Part shown: one piece after another, positions 1-13,163 of the stretch
How the letters are laid out: each line of letters begins with the position of its first letter
Position numbering within the stretch: the first letter of the stretch is position 1
Source of the DNA: Lama guanicoe
Lineage: Eukaryota
Length of the DNA stretch: 64,000 bases
Direction of reading: 5' to 3'
NCBI GenBank assembly: GCA_013239625.1
Contig: MU054117.1
Span: 3,710,677 to 3,774,676 of the forward strand
Notes under the pieces: generated by a model
Told to the model about the DNA's origin: nothing
Databases searched by the model: none
What the model saw: only the letters and a program-made list of their open reading frames with translations
Program-made: the position numbers and the translations under genes

Positions 1-3000
1 TACAGCCCGTCCTCGCTGAGGGCGGGGCTGTCTTTCCAGTCCTGTTGGCATAGACCCTCCTCCTGCAGCGCCCAGCTCGGGCTCAGCTGGGTCACACGGG
101 AGGACAGGGGACAAGGCAGGCCTGGGACCCAGCCGCCCTGCGCATCCCGGGGTGGGGTGTGCGGGCCTCAGCCGGGGCACTGCTGGAAGGCTCCTTTCCG
201 TGGCTAACATACCAGGCAATGCGGAGTGTTTCTCTAGGTATGAAGCTTTAAGCTAAGCTACGAGGGAGGCAGAGGGATGAAGACAGTCTTGGCCCTCAGG
301 GGGCCCCGAGCCCAGGCTGCAGAGAAACAGCCCCCAGCATGCAGCGCCTGTCGGGGGCGGCAGGGCAGAGTGGGCAGCGGGGAAGGAGGGGTCGACCTGG
401 GGTCTCCGTGAGCTTCATGGGGCCTTAGAAAGACATGGTCGCCAGCACTGAGAACATGCCCAGGAGTCAAGGGGAGGAGGTTGCCACACTGAGAACCAAA
501 AGGAGCCCCTTCAGTATTAAGTCCACTGTGGGTAGACAGAGGTGGGGCGAGGGGATGGCGTGGAGAAATGGCACCGTACCCCCAGAGAAGCAGAGTCAGG
601 TGCCAGGAGGCGGGGCTCCGACCCAGACCCAGTGGAGGTTCTGGAACCTCACTGCGCGTGTGAACCACCGCCGGGCTTGTTAGAAGCAGGCCTTCGACCC
701 AGCCAGCGGGAGTCAGGGTCGGAGGCCTGGGTGGCCCAGGCCTCCCTGGTCACAGGGTCTTCTGGCACGGTGGCCGGGGACCACACCTGAGAGCCTTTGC
801 TCTGGACCAGAGGTGCTCCTTCTTCCTCTGTTCCTCCCCTTCACAGGACACAGAGCATCTTTCTCAGATGTCCTCTCCCTGCCCTGCTCAGGCTCCCCAC
901 CCGGGCACAGTCTGGTGACACTTTCTGCACCCCCTGCTCCGGCCGCGGGTCACTGCCCTAGCCAGCCCGTGGACAGGGCCAGGCTGCTGAGGCGAGGGGG
1001 GACCCCTTGGAGGGTCCAGCCCCCGAACCTCTCTGTGGGGCGTGGCTCAGCTGCCTGCACCCTCGGGCCCCCGCGTCTCCACCTCCCACACTGCCCCGCC
1101 CCCAGCTCTGTTCTCCTTGCTCCCCGAGCGCTCTTGCTCTGCCTCCCCACCTCCTGGCTGCTCTCACCCCACCCAGAGCCCAGCAGCCAACCTCCAGAAC
1201 GGAGCTGGGAGGCTGTGACTAATGCGCTCGAAGGTGAGTCATCTGCTAAATATAAAATCCCCTCACTCCCTGCATGCGAAAGACACCGAGTAGCCGCGTC
1301 CCTCCCACCTGATCCATCCTGCCTCGGGGGCTGCTGAGGCCCCTGAAGTTCATCGTGAACAGCAAACAAACAAAGCCATCGTCCTTGACCTCCCCTGTGT
1401 GTCTCCGAAGCCGGTGCGTTTCCTGCTCTCGGAGCCGCTCTGGGAGAAAGGGGTCGATGAGGACGGCGGGGCCTGGCCCCCGAGGAATTATGAAGGGGCA
1501 CGATTCACCCTCGAGACTTGCCTTCTCCTCTTTCTGCCCCGTCCTCATTTAGGCGACTCCATCTTCTTGCAAAGGTAAAGATGACCCTCGGGAACACACC
1601 TGCATCTGGCAGGAACCCGGCGACGCGTAACCACTCGTGACCGATGAGCTGATGGAGGGGTTGGAGTCGGGCCTTGCAGGTGGACAGGTGTCTCCTTAGG
1701 GCCACACAGGCCCGTTCTGCTTGGCCTGACTGTGGTGGGTCTTTGTCATCTCTAGAACACGAGTTCTCGTAGAATACATGTGAAGTCTCACGTGGATGTT
1801 TAATACTTGACACCGACTTTGTGATTATTTCAACGAATTTTCTCAACCCCAGGAGATGAGTGTTCCATGACCCTGAGTTTACAGATGAGAAAACCTTCAG
1901 AAAGATGAAAGCGATTGTCCAAAAGCGTAAGAGCAGCAGCATTGGAACCATGACTGAAACCAGTATTTCAGACTTTCCTTCTAGGCTAAACCAGTAACCT
2001 TTAAACTTTCCTTGATGCCCACTCAAAGTAAGAAAAAGTATTTTGTGCCATGATGCAGTGAATGCACACACACATATGTGAATATCTGAAACAAATATTT
2101 GGGGAAATAAAAATTTGCTGCCTTCTAATTCCATTCTATTCTATTCTATCCTATTTCTTTCTTTCTGTTCTAATTTTATTTTAAAAATTATGTAGCCCAC
2201 CCAATTGCTTTTACAACTCTCTGTAAGTCTGTACCTGCAGTTCAAAAAACACTGGGTTACAGCATACATAAGCTATTTTAATATTTCCACTGGACAGTGT
2301 CTGGAAAGCCATGTTCCAGTCCTAGGACGGGAACTAATTTTGTGACTGTAGACAAGCGTCTCATGTCCCGGACCACAACTTCCTGAAGCATGTAATGAAC
2401 TTTTTGGACTTTTACTGAATGACCATGATCCTTTAATCACAGGAAGCCCTTTGCTTCTGTCTATCTCTTTGGGAAGAAGAACAGGTGCCTCCCCTGGCCG
2501 CGGGTGTCACGCGTGTTACCTGTGCTCAGGTGTGTCTTAGGGAGAGAGCTGGCGGGCGGCCGGGCAAGTCCCTGTTCTGGGTCATTGCAGCATCATGGCA
2601 CGGAGAGAAAATGCAGCTTCTGTTGGTCGGAATTTGGGATCTGAAATGAAATGACACATTTTCTCCTTTACAAAGTCATGTGAGTCCCCCCACCATCTTT
2701 GTCTTTCTCGTCTAGGCTTTTTGAAAGGCAGTGGAAAGGCCACTTCGGTGGAGATTAGGAGATGTGGGTGGCGGCAAAGAGATAGACATGGAGAACAGTG
2801 ATCAGACTGGCTAACCACTCTGACCCTCAGTCTCCTCTTCTGCGATCTTGTAACAATAATACCCACCTCCTGAAGTGCCTTGAGGATCAGCTGGGATGAG
2901 GCATATTTACAAGCAGTCAGACACCCTGGCTCTGATTGGTCTTTACCCCAAGCACAGCCTTCGCCACCCTCCGAGATCCCCCTCCTCTGTCAGCCCCTCA

Positions 3001-3376
3001 GACCCGCTTTTTCCCATCAGCAGTTTTCCCGCTTGGAACATCTGCCTTCTTTGCTTGGGGAGTGGGTGCGGGAAGGTGCCTCCAAACCTGTCTCCCCACA
3101 TATGCCCAGATCAAGGGATACAGGGGCTCCGAGTCTTGAGTTTGGGGATCCCCCCCCACTGCTGAGGACGGGAGGACAGCAGCTGTTCCACCTTCCCACC
3201 GAGAGAGAGGTCATAGGACGCGCGCTTTGTGCCTTTCTCCACCTGCCTCGGGGGTGACCTCCGAGTTAGACGCATCCTGGCCCAGCGCTTCATTCGCTGC
3301 TCTGCTCAGCGCAGGGGCCCAAGGTGCCTTTGATCCCAGCGGAGCCAACCCGCTTGGCCGACTCCACGGCACGCGC

Positions 3377-3391
3377 CTGCCCTCTAGTGGC
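3377..3391 (-). promoter_or_regulatory. CTCF-like motif
   Basis: Reverse complement GCCACTAGAGGGCAG, inside a small CpG-rich patch (about 3200-3520). Confidence 0.55.
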
Positions 3392-4210
3392 GAGAGAGGA
3401 AAAGGCATGCGCAGCCCGCGGCCCGGAGAGCCCGTCTGCGGCCAGACCTCAGGTTACTGCGGGTGACAGTGTGTGGTCACCGGGACCCTCGGCAGCCCCA
3501 CCGCAGCCCAAACTAGGCCGACACGTGGAGGCCATTCCCTGGACACACTCCAGGCCCCAGATGTGCGGTTTCACTCACCGGTTCATTTGTTCATTCATCC
3601 TGCAAGTATCTAGGGAGTGTCTACAGGGTGCGTGTGGGGACGAGGCGGGGCTCTGGGCAGTAGGGCCGCAGCAGCAATGTCCACCCGCTCACGCGGTCTT
3701 CATTCCAGCGAGTGTGGTGTTTGTCAGGCATGGAGGGGGTCTTCTCAACCCTCCCCACCTCCCTCCACCTTGGAGTCGAGAAATGAGAAGACACCCACCA
3801 GGCACCTGACTCATGCCAGCGTCTCTCAGATCCGCTCTTTTTTTGAAATGGTCCCGACAATTGAATGACACAATGTAATAGAAGGGGCTCTGAACAGATG
3901 GCTGGTTGGACCAAGTCTGAGCCCTGGCTCCTCCCCTCCCAAACCGTGTGACCTGGGGCTCGTCCCTGAAACCCCAGGGGCCCTGTCACCTTCCAGCGCC
4001 ATGCCAGGGGCCCGTGGACCAGGCATGGACAGAGCACGCGTCCTCTTGGGCTCCTCAGCGCTGATGTGGCCCGTGGCCATGGTGGCTGGAATGCCTTTCC
4101 ACCTGGAGTTCAGAGGGAGCAGTTGAAGACTTTTGGCTTTATCATCAAAGGAGGGAAATAAACTTGTAAAAATTAACTTGATACAGTTCTTTCAGCCGCC
4201 CCACGTGTAG

Positions 4211-4680
4211 TGCATCAGTTGTCTGTGGCTGCGTATCAGGCCATCCCAAATCCTAGTGGCTGGGAACAACAATGTCTTATCATTGTGGGCGGACTGCGCG
4301 GCTTTTCCGCTGTACGTGATGTCTGCTCTGAGGGGGCTGGAACGCCCAGAGTAGCTTCATATACACGTCTGGCTCCTCTGCTGGGATGGTGGACCAGCCC
4401 CGGAGAGGGCATGGGGGCGATGGCCAGACCTCTCTCTCTTCAAGGCGTCTCCAGCAGGTGCCTGGACCTCCTTTATGGGAGCTTAGCACCCTAGACGCTC
4501 TACAGGAGGCGTGGCCCCAATGTGCATGTCCTTAACAAGATGCTGACTGCAGCGCACCGGCCAAAGAAAGTCTGGTAGCCAAGTCGGGGGCCAGCATCGC
4601 AGCGAGCTGCGCGAGGACGTGACTTCCAGGGTGGCAGTGCCCAGCCTCCAGCCCTGCTACTGGTGGGAGACGTTCCTCCG
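4211..4680 (-). mobile_element. MaLR (MLT1-type) LTR remnant
   Basis: TGCATCAGTTGTCTGTGGCTGCGTA...CCCAAATCCTAGTGGCT...AACAACA resembles an MLT1 terminus; right boundary approximate. Confidence 0.5.
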
Positions 4681-5524
4681 GAAGCCGTGTGGCTGCGTCC
4701 CCACAAGATTCGGGGGTAGGACGCACTTCGCTGCTGCCGTCTTACTGGGGAACGACTTCTAGCTGGGAGACCCTCACGGGCTGTAGTCTGGCGTGGCCAG
4801 GAATGGTGGGAAGAGGTCTGCAGGTGTTTCTTGGTCACGAGAGCAGGTCCTAAGCCTGGCTGAGCACCCCTCCCCTCACAGTCCCTCCTTCGTTCTTCTG
4901 AGCGGGAGCCACGCCAGCGGAGGCGCTGTGTGCGCACCAAACACCGTAACATGCGGCCCCTTTCCCTCCGTCCCGAGCTGTCATCCGTGGGGGACTGGCG
5001 GCACTGCAGGAGGAAGACGCGATGGCGCTGAGGTCCTGCGACAGGGAGCACATCGGAGTTCAAGGTCACCAGGCTCCAGACTCAAGCTCCAAACAATAAT
5101 CCCCAGCTGTCAAGTCTTAGCTGGACTTTCTGTTTCGGTCTCTGGGGTGGAGGTTCGGGCAGGTCCCGCCGCCCAGGTCTCCAAACCCACACGTGTGCTC
5201 TTACTTATACGTGCCCACAAGGGTCACCAGGGTCGGGTTTATTCTTTTGTGAATAAATGTCTCTTCCTTGTAGCTCAAAGCAACAATTTCTACCCTCCTC
5301 ATATTGTCTTTCTTCTCTCAGGAGACACTCCTGAGAATAATAATAATAGTGGTCATTGCAGAAATCTTCAAATAGAACTTACAGAACCTTGTGAACTGGG
5401 CCAAGCGGGGCACAGGGGTCTGTGCCTGAGAAATCATCACTCTTCTTTTTTCTTTTTTATGTTAGCAGTCCTGGATAATCATTGCTCATATCCAGTAACT
5501 CATCAGGGATTGCAAGTGGTCACC

Positions 5525-5673
5525 TTTTTTTTTTTTTCCGCTGTTGTTTGTTTTACGAGGGGGAGGTAATTAGTTTTATTGATTTAGTCGCATTTGGAGG
5601 AGGTGCTGGGGACGGAACCCAGGGCCTCATGCATGCCAGGCACGCACTCTACCACTTGAGCTGTACTCTCCCC
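5525..5673 (-). mobile_element. tRNA-derived SINE (camelid-type)
   Basis: Reverse complement starts GGGGAGAGTACAGCTCAAGTGGTAGAG (A box), then a B-box-like GGGTTCCGTCCCC, TAATTACCTCCCCC and an A-rich tail. Confidence 0.8.
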
Positions 5674-6099
5674 GTGAGAAAGTCTTAATTCTAGACAAGT
5701 GATCAACCCTTTAGGACGACAGGATCTGAAAGGGAAGGAGTGAGTTCTGGAAATAACTAAACAAACGTCTCCCTGGACACATGAGAGGTCTTGCTCCTGA
5801 GGGAAAGTCTGCCTCTCCGCCTTGCGGCACCCTGGGGTGCCCCAGAAACTTCCTCTGCAAATTCGAACAGATCAGGGGAGAAATGGTCTTTCAGAATTTT
5901 GAGCTGGTTTGATTACCCGCCTAACAGGAGAAATGTCAGGAAGAAAGAGTGTTTGCTTTGTGTTCCCAGCGTGCACCCTTGGGTAGGAATATGTCCCACA
6001 AACATCCACGGGGTCTGTTTGGTTTTGTTCCCGGGGTTATGCACATGCACAGAGTCCCCGGGGCCAGGAGCATCCCACCTCATGCTTAGGGTCAGGGAA

Positions 6100-7190
6100 G
6101 ACTTTTGTTTTATGTTTAAATTCACATCCTATAAAAATCACCCTTTTAATAATGTGCACTTTGGTAGTTTTTAGTATATTCAGACTTATACGACCACCAT
6201 CACTGCCTATTTCTAGAACAGTTCAAAACATTTCCGTCACCCCAAAGAAACCTCACACTCACTAGGGATCCCTCTCAATCCCCTCCCTCTTCTGTCCCCC
6301 AGCCCCTGGCAGCCACTCATCTACTTTCTTTCCAGATCTGCTTATTCTGGTCATTTCCTATAAAGGAAGTCACAAAATATGTGGCTTTTTGTGATGTTTT
6401 CTTTCACTGAGCACAGCGTTTTCAGGGTTCATCTGTGTTGTAGGCTGAATTAGTACTTCATCATTTTTTAAATTGAGAAATAGTTTATCAATAACACGGA
6501 TCTACAATAGTATGTAAGTTTCAGGTGTACAACATAGTGATTCTTAATTTTTAAAGGTTATATTCCATTTACAGTCATTATAAAGCACTGAATATTTTCA
6601 CTGTGCTGTACTGTATTTCCTTGTAGCTTATTTATTTTATACATAGTAGTTTGTGACTCTTAACCCCCTACCTCTCTCTTGACCCTCGCCTCCCCCCTCT
6701 CCCCACTGGTAGCCACTACATTGTTCATTACATCTGTGAATCAGTTGCCTTTTTGTTATATTCACTACTTTGTTTTAATTTTTAGATTTCAGGTATAAGT
6801 GATATCATATGGTGTTTGTCTTTCTCTGGCTGATTTATTTCACTTAGCATAACACCCTCCAAGTCCATCCACATTGCTGCAAATGGCAAAATATTGTTCT
6901 TTTTATGACTGAGTAGTATTCCATTGCATATATACCACATCTTCTTTATCCGTTGATTTGCTGATGGACACCGAAGTTGCTTCCATGTCTTGGCAATTGG
7001 AATTAATGCTGCTATGACCACTGGGATGCATATGTCTTTTTGAATTAGTGCGTTTTTAATAGTCCCAGGAGTGTGGATCATACGGTTGTTCTATTTTTAG
7101 TGTTTTGAGGACATACTTCATTCATTCTTATCCACTGTGTGGATTGACCACATCTTATTTATCTATTCATCAGTTGACACATTCTGGGAG
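6100..7190 (-). mobile_element. LINE-1 3' fragments, probably two nested elements
   Basis: Minus ORF 6782-7081 is the L1 ORF2 C-terminus (AKTWKQLRCPS...ILPFAAMWMDLEGVMLSEI); L1 3' UTR motifs upstream. Confidence 0.85.
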
Positions 7191-8503
7191 GATCTTAGTA
7201 CCAGTGTGAGCTGAACTTGAAACCCATAGACACAAGTAACTTGTTCCCTTTCCTGATAACTTTGCTAACGTGACACAATTGGTGCTTGAGGAAGATGTCT
7301 GTGCAGGGCGGGCCTGTGAAGATGAGGTGGGTGGGGAGCAGAATGGGGCATGATGGGGTCTGGAACTTCCTTCTACTAAGGAGGAGAGAAAGTTGAAGCC
7401 CCTCCCCGGGAATCTCTGTGCAAGGACTAAGCCTGAGCTCGGTCTGCAGCTCTGTCCATCAAGCCGTAAAGCCACAGGCTGAAGAGCACGCTCATTCTGG
7501 GGGTGGGAGGGAGCCCAGGGCTGGGGTAACCTTTGTCTCCGATTTCTCCCAGAAGCTCTGCTGAGAACCAGCTGACCACTGGTTCCTGGAATGTGCGTGA
7601 CTGTCGCTGCCTCTTGCTCAACAATCCGCCAAATCCTGTTAGGGAGATGAGTGATGCAGCTGTCCTCGTTTGTCAGGGCCCGCGCCGCACAGAGGCCCAT
7701 TGCTGCGTGTGCGGGGTGGGCGGGGGGCCTGCCAAGGCACCTGTGAGCCACCCTGACAATGAGCTGTCTCAGCTCAGCTTGGCTGGGGAGGCCCTGGGGG
7801 TGCAGCCCATCCCCTGCACGCCCTGCACTGAGTCAGAGCTGAGAGCTGGGGACAAAGCAGGACAGAGGCCGGAGCACAGCTGAGTGTCCATTCCCGGCCA
7901 GGTGCAGATGCAGCCCAGGTCCCTGGCCCCTGCAAGTGTGTGAGTGTGAGTGTGTGTGCGGGGCTGGGGCTGGGACCGTCCACAGAGGAGACCGTCTAGA
8001 GGGTGGGGCTGCCCTCCCTGGAGCCCGAGGACCTGTCGCTGGGACCCCCCACCAGCAGCCTCAGCACCCGGGGGGTCAGAGCACAGCGAGCACCGACCAG
8101 AGGAGCCCCGAGGAGCCACGGGGTGAGTGAAGCTCTGGATGGACTGGGTGCGGCTGGGCTGGGAGAGACGGGCAGAAGCCAGGACCCGCAGAGAGAGCCC
8201 CGAACTTCCCGCCCCTTCCGCTTGTGGTGCGCAGTGGCCACGCCCCTTTCCCGGGTCCTGGGGGCAGATGTCACCCAAGAGGGGCCGCAAAGGTGGAAGG
8301 ATAGAGGCAAGTTTATGGCCAACGGAGTTTCCCCGAGGAGGGCAGTGGGTGGTCGTCCAATGTCCAAGGCAGGACAGTGCGGGCCCCAGCCAGTGGTGGG
8401 GGTTCTCAGACCCCCAGCTCATGCTGCCAGGGAGGAGGGGAGGCAGAGGGAGGGGTCTGGACGAGACACAAGCCCAGCTTTCACTCCCAGGTGCCCCCTC
8501 CCG

Positions 8504-8570
8504 ATGGCCAGGGCCCTGGGGAAGCGCTGGAATAAACACCCGTGGGCCTTGGAATGCGCGGAGGCAGGAG
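8504..8570 (+). pseudogene. ELOVL-like first coding exon (tentative)
   Basis: Acceptor TCACTCCCAG ends at 8490; ccgATGg at 8504; MARALGKRWNKHPWALECAEAG ends in phase 1 before GT at 8571 (weak donor). WALE resembles elongase N-termini just before D-x-R. Confidence 0.5.
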
Positions 8571-8737
8571 GTGCTGTCACCTGATGGGCCTTTCAAAGGT
8601 ATATTGGGCTGGACTAACGCCAGACATTTGGAGGGAGAGGAGAGGGCGACCAATGGGGCCGGAGGAGTTGGCGGGGGCGGGCGGTGGCAGGTGGGCCTGG
8701 GGGCCGGCTCGGCTGCCCCTTCCCCTTGCTTTTCCAG

Positions 8738-8924
8738 ACCTGAGGCCGAGTCCCGGATCCTGGTGCACTTGCCGCTGCCGGTCACCCTCCTCCTAGCCTT
8801 CTGCCTCCTCCGGGTGGTGGCGGGTCCCTGCCTCATGTCCCAGCGGGAGCCTCTGAGGCCGGCTGGACCCCTTACCGCCTACAGCCTGGGCCTGGTGACC
8901 CTCTCGGGGTACGTGTTCTATGAG
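8738..8924 (+). pseudogene. ELOVL-like exon 2 (187 nt; inferred 1-nt deletion near 5' end)
   Basis: Acceptor TTTTCCAG, donor GAG|GTAAGG. Corrected reading DLR/AESRILVHLPLPVTLLLAFCLLRVVAGPCLMSQREPLRPAGPLTAYSLGLVTLSGYVFYE. The uncorrected phase-1 frame stops at 8794-8796. Confidence 0.88.
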
Positions 8925-10039
8925 GTAAGGCCAGTGGGGGAGCCTGCAGAGTCCTGGGGTCTCCTTTTAGGGGGGCGCCAGGGGGTGAATGAAACCATGA
9001 TCTTCCCCTGCAGGACAGCCCGGGTGGGGACGGGCGCGGGGGCGGGGTTCTGGGCCGTCCTCGGCTGCCCCGTCTTCCCTGTGGAGACACAAATACCCAC
9101 CACTAAGTCCCGTTTTCCTTTCCCTTAAGTGAAAGTGTAGAGGCCAAGAGCAGGATCCATTCTCCACCTCACACCCGAAAGAACCACCCCCACTCCTGTT
9201 TCTACCTGGGCTCCAGTAACCTCGGCCCTGTTTTCTGAGCCCTGAACCCACTAATCCTTCCAGATGCCTTGTTCTCAGCAAACAGTCAGCCAGCGCACAC
9301 TGGGCGTGCGCTTCGGGCCCGGCGGTGCTGGACCCGCAGTGTCCCCGCTGCGGAAGGCACACCAGTCCTCCAGGTGCTCACGGTCCGGAGGGGATGCTGA
9401 TACAGGCAACTGCGTGTCAATGCGAGCAGGGCGGCAGAAAGTACTTGGGACGGGGCAGGGACCCAGCTGCAGTGTCGGGGAAAGCTTTGCAGAGAACGTG
9501 GTCTGACACTTACAGCGGTCCTCACGGCGAGGCAGTGCGCTGCGCCCTTCGCGAGGATCTGCTCATCCCATCCTCCTGACAGCTGTCACGAGGCACAGAG
9601 CAGGTAAGTACCTTAGCAGGTGGCCGGGCACCCTGACCTGAAGAGCTCACCTCCGTCCCTCCAGCCTCTGTACCCAAGCCGGGACCAGATAGGCAGCTCC
9701 GCCGGCTCCACCAGCTGGCGGGTTCTAGAAATGCGGCCCGTGTCTCCCCAGCTCCCAGACTTGTTTTGAAATCAACCATAGTGGGAGGCTTTACACCCTA
9801 AGAATGGGCAAATCGCCCCCTGCCGCCACCTGAAAGGCAGTTAAGCACGTAGCACCCCGACTCTGGGCTCTCCCCTGTTTCACGATGCGCATGTCTGGCT
9901 CCCCTCCAAACTGGCACGTGCTTCAAAGGCAGGACCGTGTCTTTCTTCTCTTTGTAAAGACAGGTTCCACTTCGTGTCTGGTAACACGTGGAAGACGTGA
10001 CAACTTGTGAGGCATGAGACATGCCCTGCAGGAACTGTC

Positions 10040-10205
10040 ATTTCTTTTTCTTTTTTTTTATCTTGTTTTGTTTTGGTTTTGGATTTTTGGGGGGCGGAGG
10101 TAATTCGGTTTTTTATTATTATTGTTTAATGGAGGTCCTGGGGCTTGAGCGCAGGGCCTCGTGCACGCCAAGCAAGCACCCCGCCACTGAGCTGTACCCT
10201 CCCCC
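10040..10205 (-). mobile_element. tRNA-derived SINE (camelid-type) in ELOVL-like intron 2
   Basis: Same head, AATTACCTCC core and tail as the other copies. Confidence 0.75.
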
Positions 10206-11123
10206 GCCGAGCTTGCCATTTACTCATGGTGACACCTGACCCCGCAGCCACCATGATCCTTTGAAAGTCTGTGGTGCCCGTGTCGGCTTCCTGCTCAGAA
10301 GCCCTCAGTGTCTCCCTTTGCCAACCACCGGCATGCAGAGTCCCTCTAGGCAGGGATGTGTATCTGTTTTGTTATTGAAGTGGCTCGGGGCTCAGAGCAG
10401 GACCCAGTGTGGAGAAGCACTTAGCACCATTCAATGCATCATTATCAAATGAATAAGTAAGGGATAAAGTTCAGGCTCCTTAAAACAGCCTGCAGGACCC
10501 CGTGTCAGTCAATTCCGAGCCCTCTCTCTGCCCCTGTGGCTGCCCCTCTCCTGGCAGGTGCCTCCGCCGCACCCCACTGATCCCCGGCAGCCCCGGGGAG
10601 CTAGGAGAGGTCCAGACACTCTCCTCCCAGCGCGGAAATCCCTCGCCCTCCCCTCTGGTCACCCACGGCCTCCTCATTCCCAGGCCACTGCCGAATTTCG
10701 GAGCGGCTCCTGTTTCCTACTCTTCATCTGACCCCATCCTTGGAAGTGAGGGTGGTCTCCTGCCTCCTCAGGGGGCTCTCGGCTTCTCCAGGGCAGGGCT
10801 GGTAGGTGTAGGGCTCCAGGTCCCCTCCTGACTTAGGGTCTCACACACAGTAAGTGCCCCGTGTGGGTTTGGGGTCCACATTTGCCCACCCCAGCAAGAT
10901 ATGTGCAAGTCCCAGCCCCCAATCCAGCCACTCCGTGGAGTTTATCTGATGGGCAATTGCTCACCAAGCGTTGGTGAGGGTTTGGTGGGGCTGGGGGACG
11001 TCAGTGTCCAGAATGTGACAGGAAGAGGCGTCAGCCTCTCGAGCCTTCAGCCAGCCAGGCCCCACCACGGTGGGGGTGGGACAGGCTTCAGGACTTGCTC
11101 TTTTCCTGGTCTCTTCCTCCTAA

Positions 11124-11203
11124 TTCATAGCCACCTCGCTCCTAGCCAACTACAGCTACTTCTGCCAGCTGGTGGACTACAGCCGAGCGAGCTCGGGATA
11201 AGG
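11124..11203 (+). pseudogene. ELOVL-like exon 3 (80 nt; acceptor AG changed to AA; 1-nt deletion)
   Basis: Polypyrimidine tract then CTAA|TTC; FIATSLLANYSYFCQLVDYSR/ELGIR; donor AGG|GTACGG. Confidence 0.88.
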
Positions 11204-11749
11204 GTACGGCAGAGTGGGAGGGCTGGTCCTGCAGAGAAGGTTGGTGAGGTGCAGCTCATAAAAACAAGAGCCTGACCCAGGTGGCGTCCCCGGAGACTTC
11301 TGATGGGGGGTGGTGAGTGGTTTGGTTCACTTCAGGCTCAGAACAGGTTCAGTACCAGCTCAGAAGATCTCAGTTTGCATCTCAGCTTTGCCAGCCCCTT
11401 GCTGTGTGACCTTGCATCGCTGACTTCCCTTGTGCAGGCCTCAACTTTCTCATTTATAAAATGGGCATAACAATACCTACTTTATAAAAGGCAACAATTG
11501 GAAGAAGATTGAAGGAGAAAATGTATAAAAATGCTCAGTCCTGGGCTTGGCACACACTGAGTGGTAGCTGCATGGTAGATATTTCATTGTTTTTATCTGT
11601 TCTCTGTTTCAACCGGAAGCAGAATAAAAGGCTTCCTGGCAGTAGTAGTAGTAGTAACAATAATCATCATCATCATCATCATCATCTAGCTGAGCTGAGT
11701 CACCATGCAGCGATTTGCATGTGGAATTCAGGGACACTGAACAATGGGC

Positions 11750-11920
11750 TCAAGTCGGGCTGCTCCAAGGATGGTCCACGGGCCAGCTGCATCAGCATCA
11801 CTGGGAGCTTGTTGGAAATGCAGAATCTCATGTCCCACTCTGGGCACACCCATTAAGAACCTGCTTTTCAGCAAACAGGATGCCCAGCTGACCCATGTGC
11901 TGATTCAGGGCCAGGGCTCC
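11750..11920 (+). mobile_element. MER5A-like hAT DNA transposon
   Basis: GCATCAGCATCACTGGGAGCTTGTTGGAAATGCAGAATCTC. Confidence 0.65.
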
Positions 11921-12135
11921 AGACGGCATGTTTGGAGATTCTGTCTGTCATCACTCCCAGTAGCTTCACCCCTCTTTCCTGTGCTAATAGGGATCTTCTT
12001 GCAGACCAGTGGGCTAAGAGGGAGCGGTGGGTGCAGAGGGACAGTGAAGGTTGGGGCTGAAGCCAGCGGTGCCAGGGCGAGTGGTACCATCAGCAGGACA
12101 GCCGTCTGAGTGCACTTCCCCTTCCTGCCCAGCAG

Positions 12136-12183
12136 ATGGCGAGCGTGTGCTGATGGTGCCTCTTCTCAAAGGCCACTGACACG
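12136..12183 (+). pseudogene. ELOVL-like exon 4 (48 nt; stop at 12151-12153; three codons shorter than the family motif)
   Basis: CAG|ATG; MASVC*WCLFSKATDT vs family MARVCWWFYFSKxIELxDT; donor ACG|GTGAGT. Confidence 0.88.
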
Positions 12184-13048
12184 GTGAGTGGGTGCCTGTC
12201 GCTTAAATGAAATTGCCTCCATCAGCTGGGTCCGGGTGGTTTTGAAGGCTCTTTGTGTGAACACGTCCCTGTAGCGTTCCTCTCGGCCACACCTGAGGCT
12301 GCTGTCAGAGCCAACCCTTGATCCCAGGACCTGGAGGAAGACGGATGCTCATGGATGAAGCATTTGTTCCCTTTAGCAACCAGGTTCCAGGTTCAGTGAA
12401 ACTGGGAGGCTAAACAAATTTTAGAAACCCTGAGATTAGGTGGCAAAGGCCATCTTTAAGTGCGATGAGAAGAGGCCCTGCTCGTGGATCTAGAAGGCTT
12501 GCGGGATTGCGTGGGGCGGGGCAAGGTCAAGATTTTGGAATAGTGGTGAAGGTAGAAGCTTCTTTCATATCAATCTCTTGCCAAAATGGAGTCTAAACAG
12601 AGAAACTTTGGGAATTTTTTTATGGTTGTCTGGGCCCTGGGCTGGGGTTCAACCCCTGAGTTCTCTCCCCAGTGCCTGAGGTGGGGGGGCAGTAATATTG
12701 GAAGGATCCCAGTCTCTGAAGCTGGGCTGTGTTCAAATCCCAGCTTGGCTTCACATTAGGGGTATCACCCTGAACGAGTTACTTGAGCTCTGTGCCTCGG
12801 TTTTGCCATCTGTAAAATGGAGATGAGTATAAACCACACACCATTGTGTTTGTATGATTTTTTATACACACAAGCTACCCGGCACACAGCAGGTGCTGCA
12901 CGGGCATCTGCATGGTGTTGCTTTCCTTGGCTGTCAGCCTCCCTGTCAGCAAAACAGGACGCATCACCCTGTCCTTGGTTGTTGAGGCCGCAGGAGAAGC
13001 GTCTGGAGGAATAAGACTCAGACGTGGCACTCCTTTTTTCCTCCCCAG

Positions 13049-13163
13049 GTCTTCTTTATTTTACAAAAGAAGCCAGAGTAGGTCACCTTCCTGCATGTCT
13101 ACAGCCATGGCACCATGCTCTTCAACCGGTGGGCTGCAGTCAAATATGTGCTGGGGGGTCACG
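13049..13163 (+). pseudogene. ELOVL-like exon 5 (115 nt; stop at 13079-13081; histidine box HVYHH changed to HVYSH at 13094-13108)
   Basis: Acceptor TTTTTTCCTCCCCAG; VFFILQKKPE*VTFLHVYSHGTMLFNRWAAVKYVLGGH; donor G|GTGAGT. Confidence 0.93.

Noticed and set aside
8127..9128. 333-aa plus ORF and overlapping 355-aa minus ORF (7769-8836)
   Set aside because: Only about 8745-8924 is ELOVL-like; the rest is GC-rich intronic read-through.
11509..11856. ORF with poly-Ser/Asn/His runs
   Set aside because: Translation of (AGT)n and (CAT)n microsatellites flanked by MIR and MER5A sequence.
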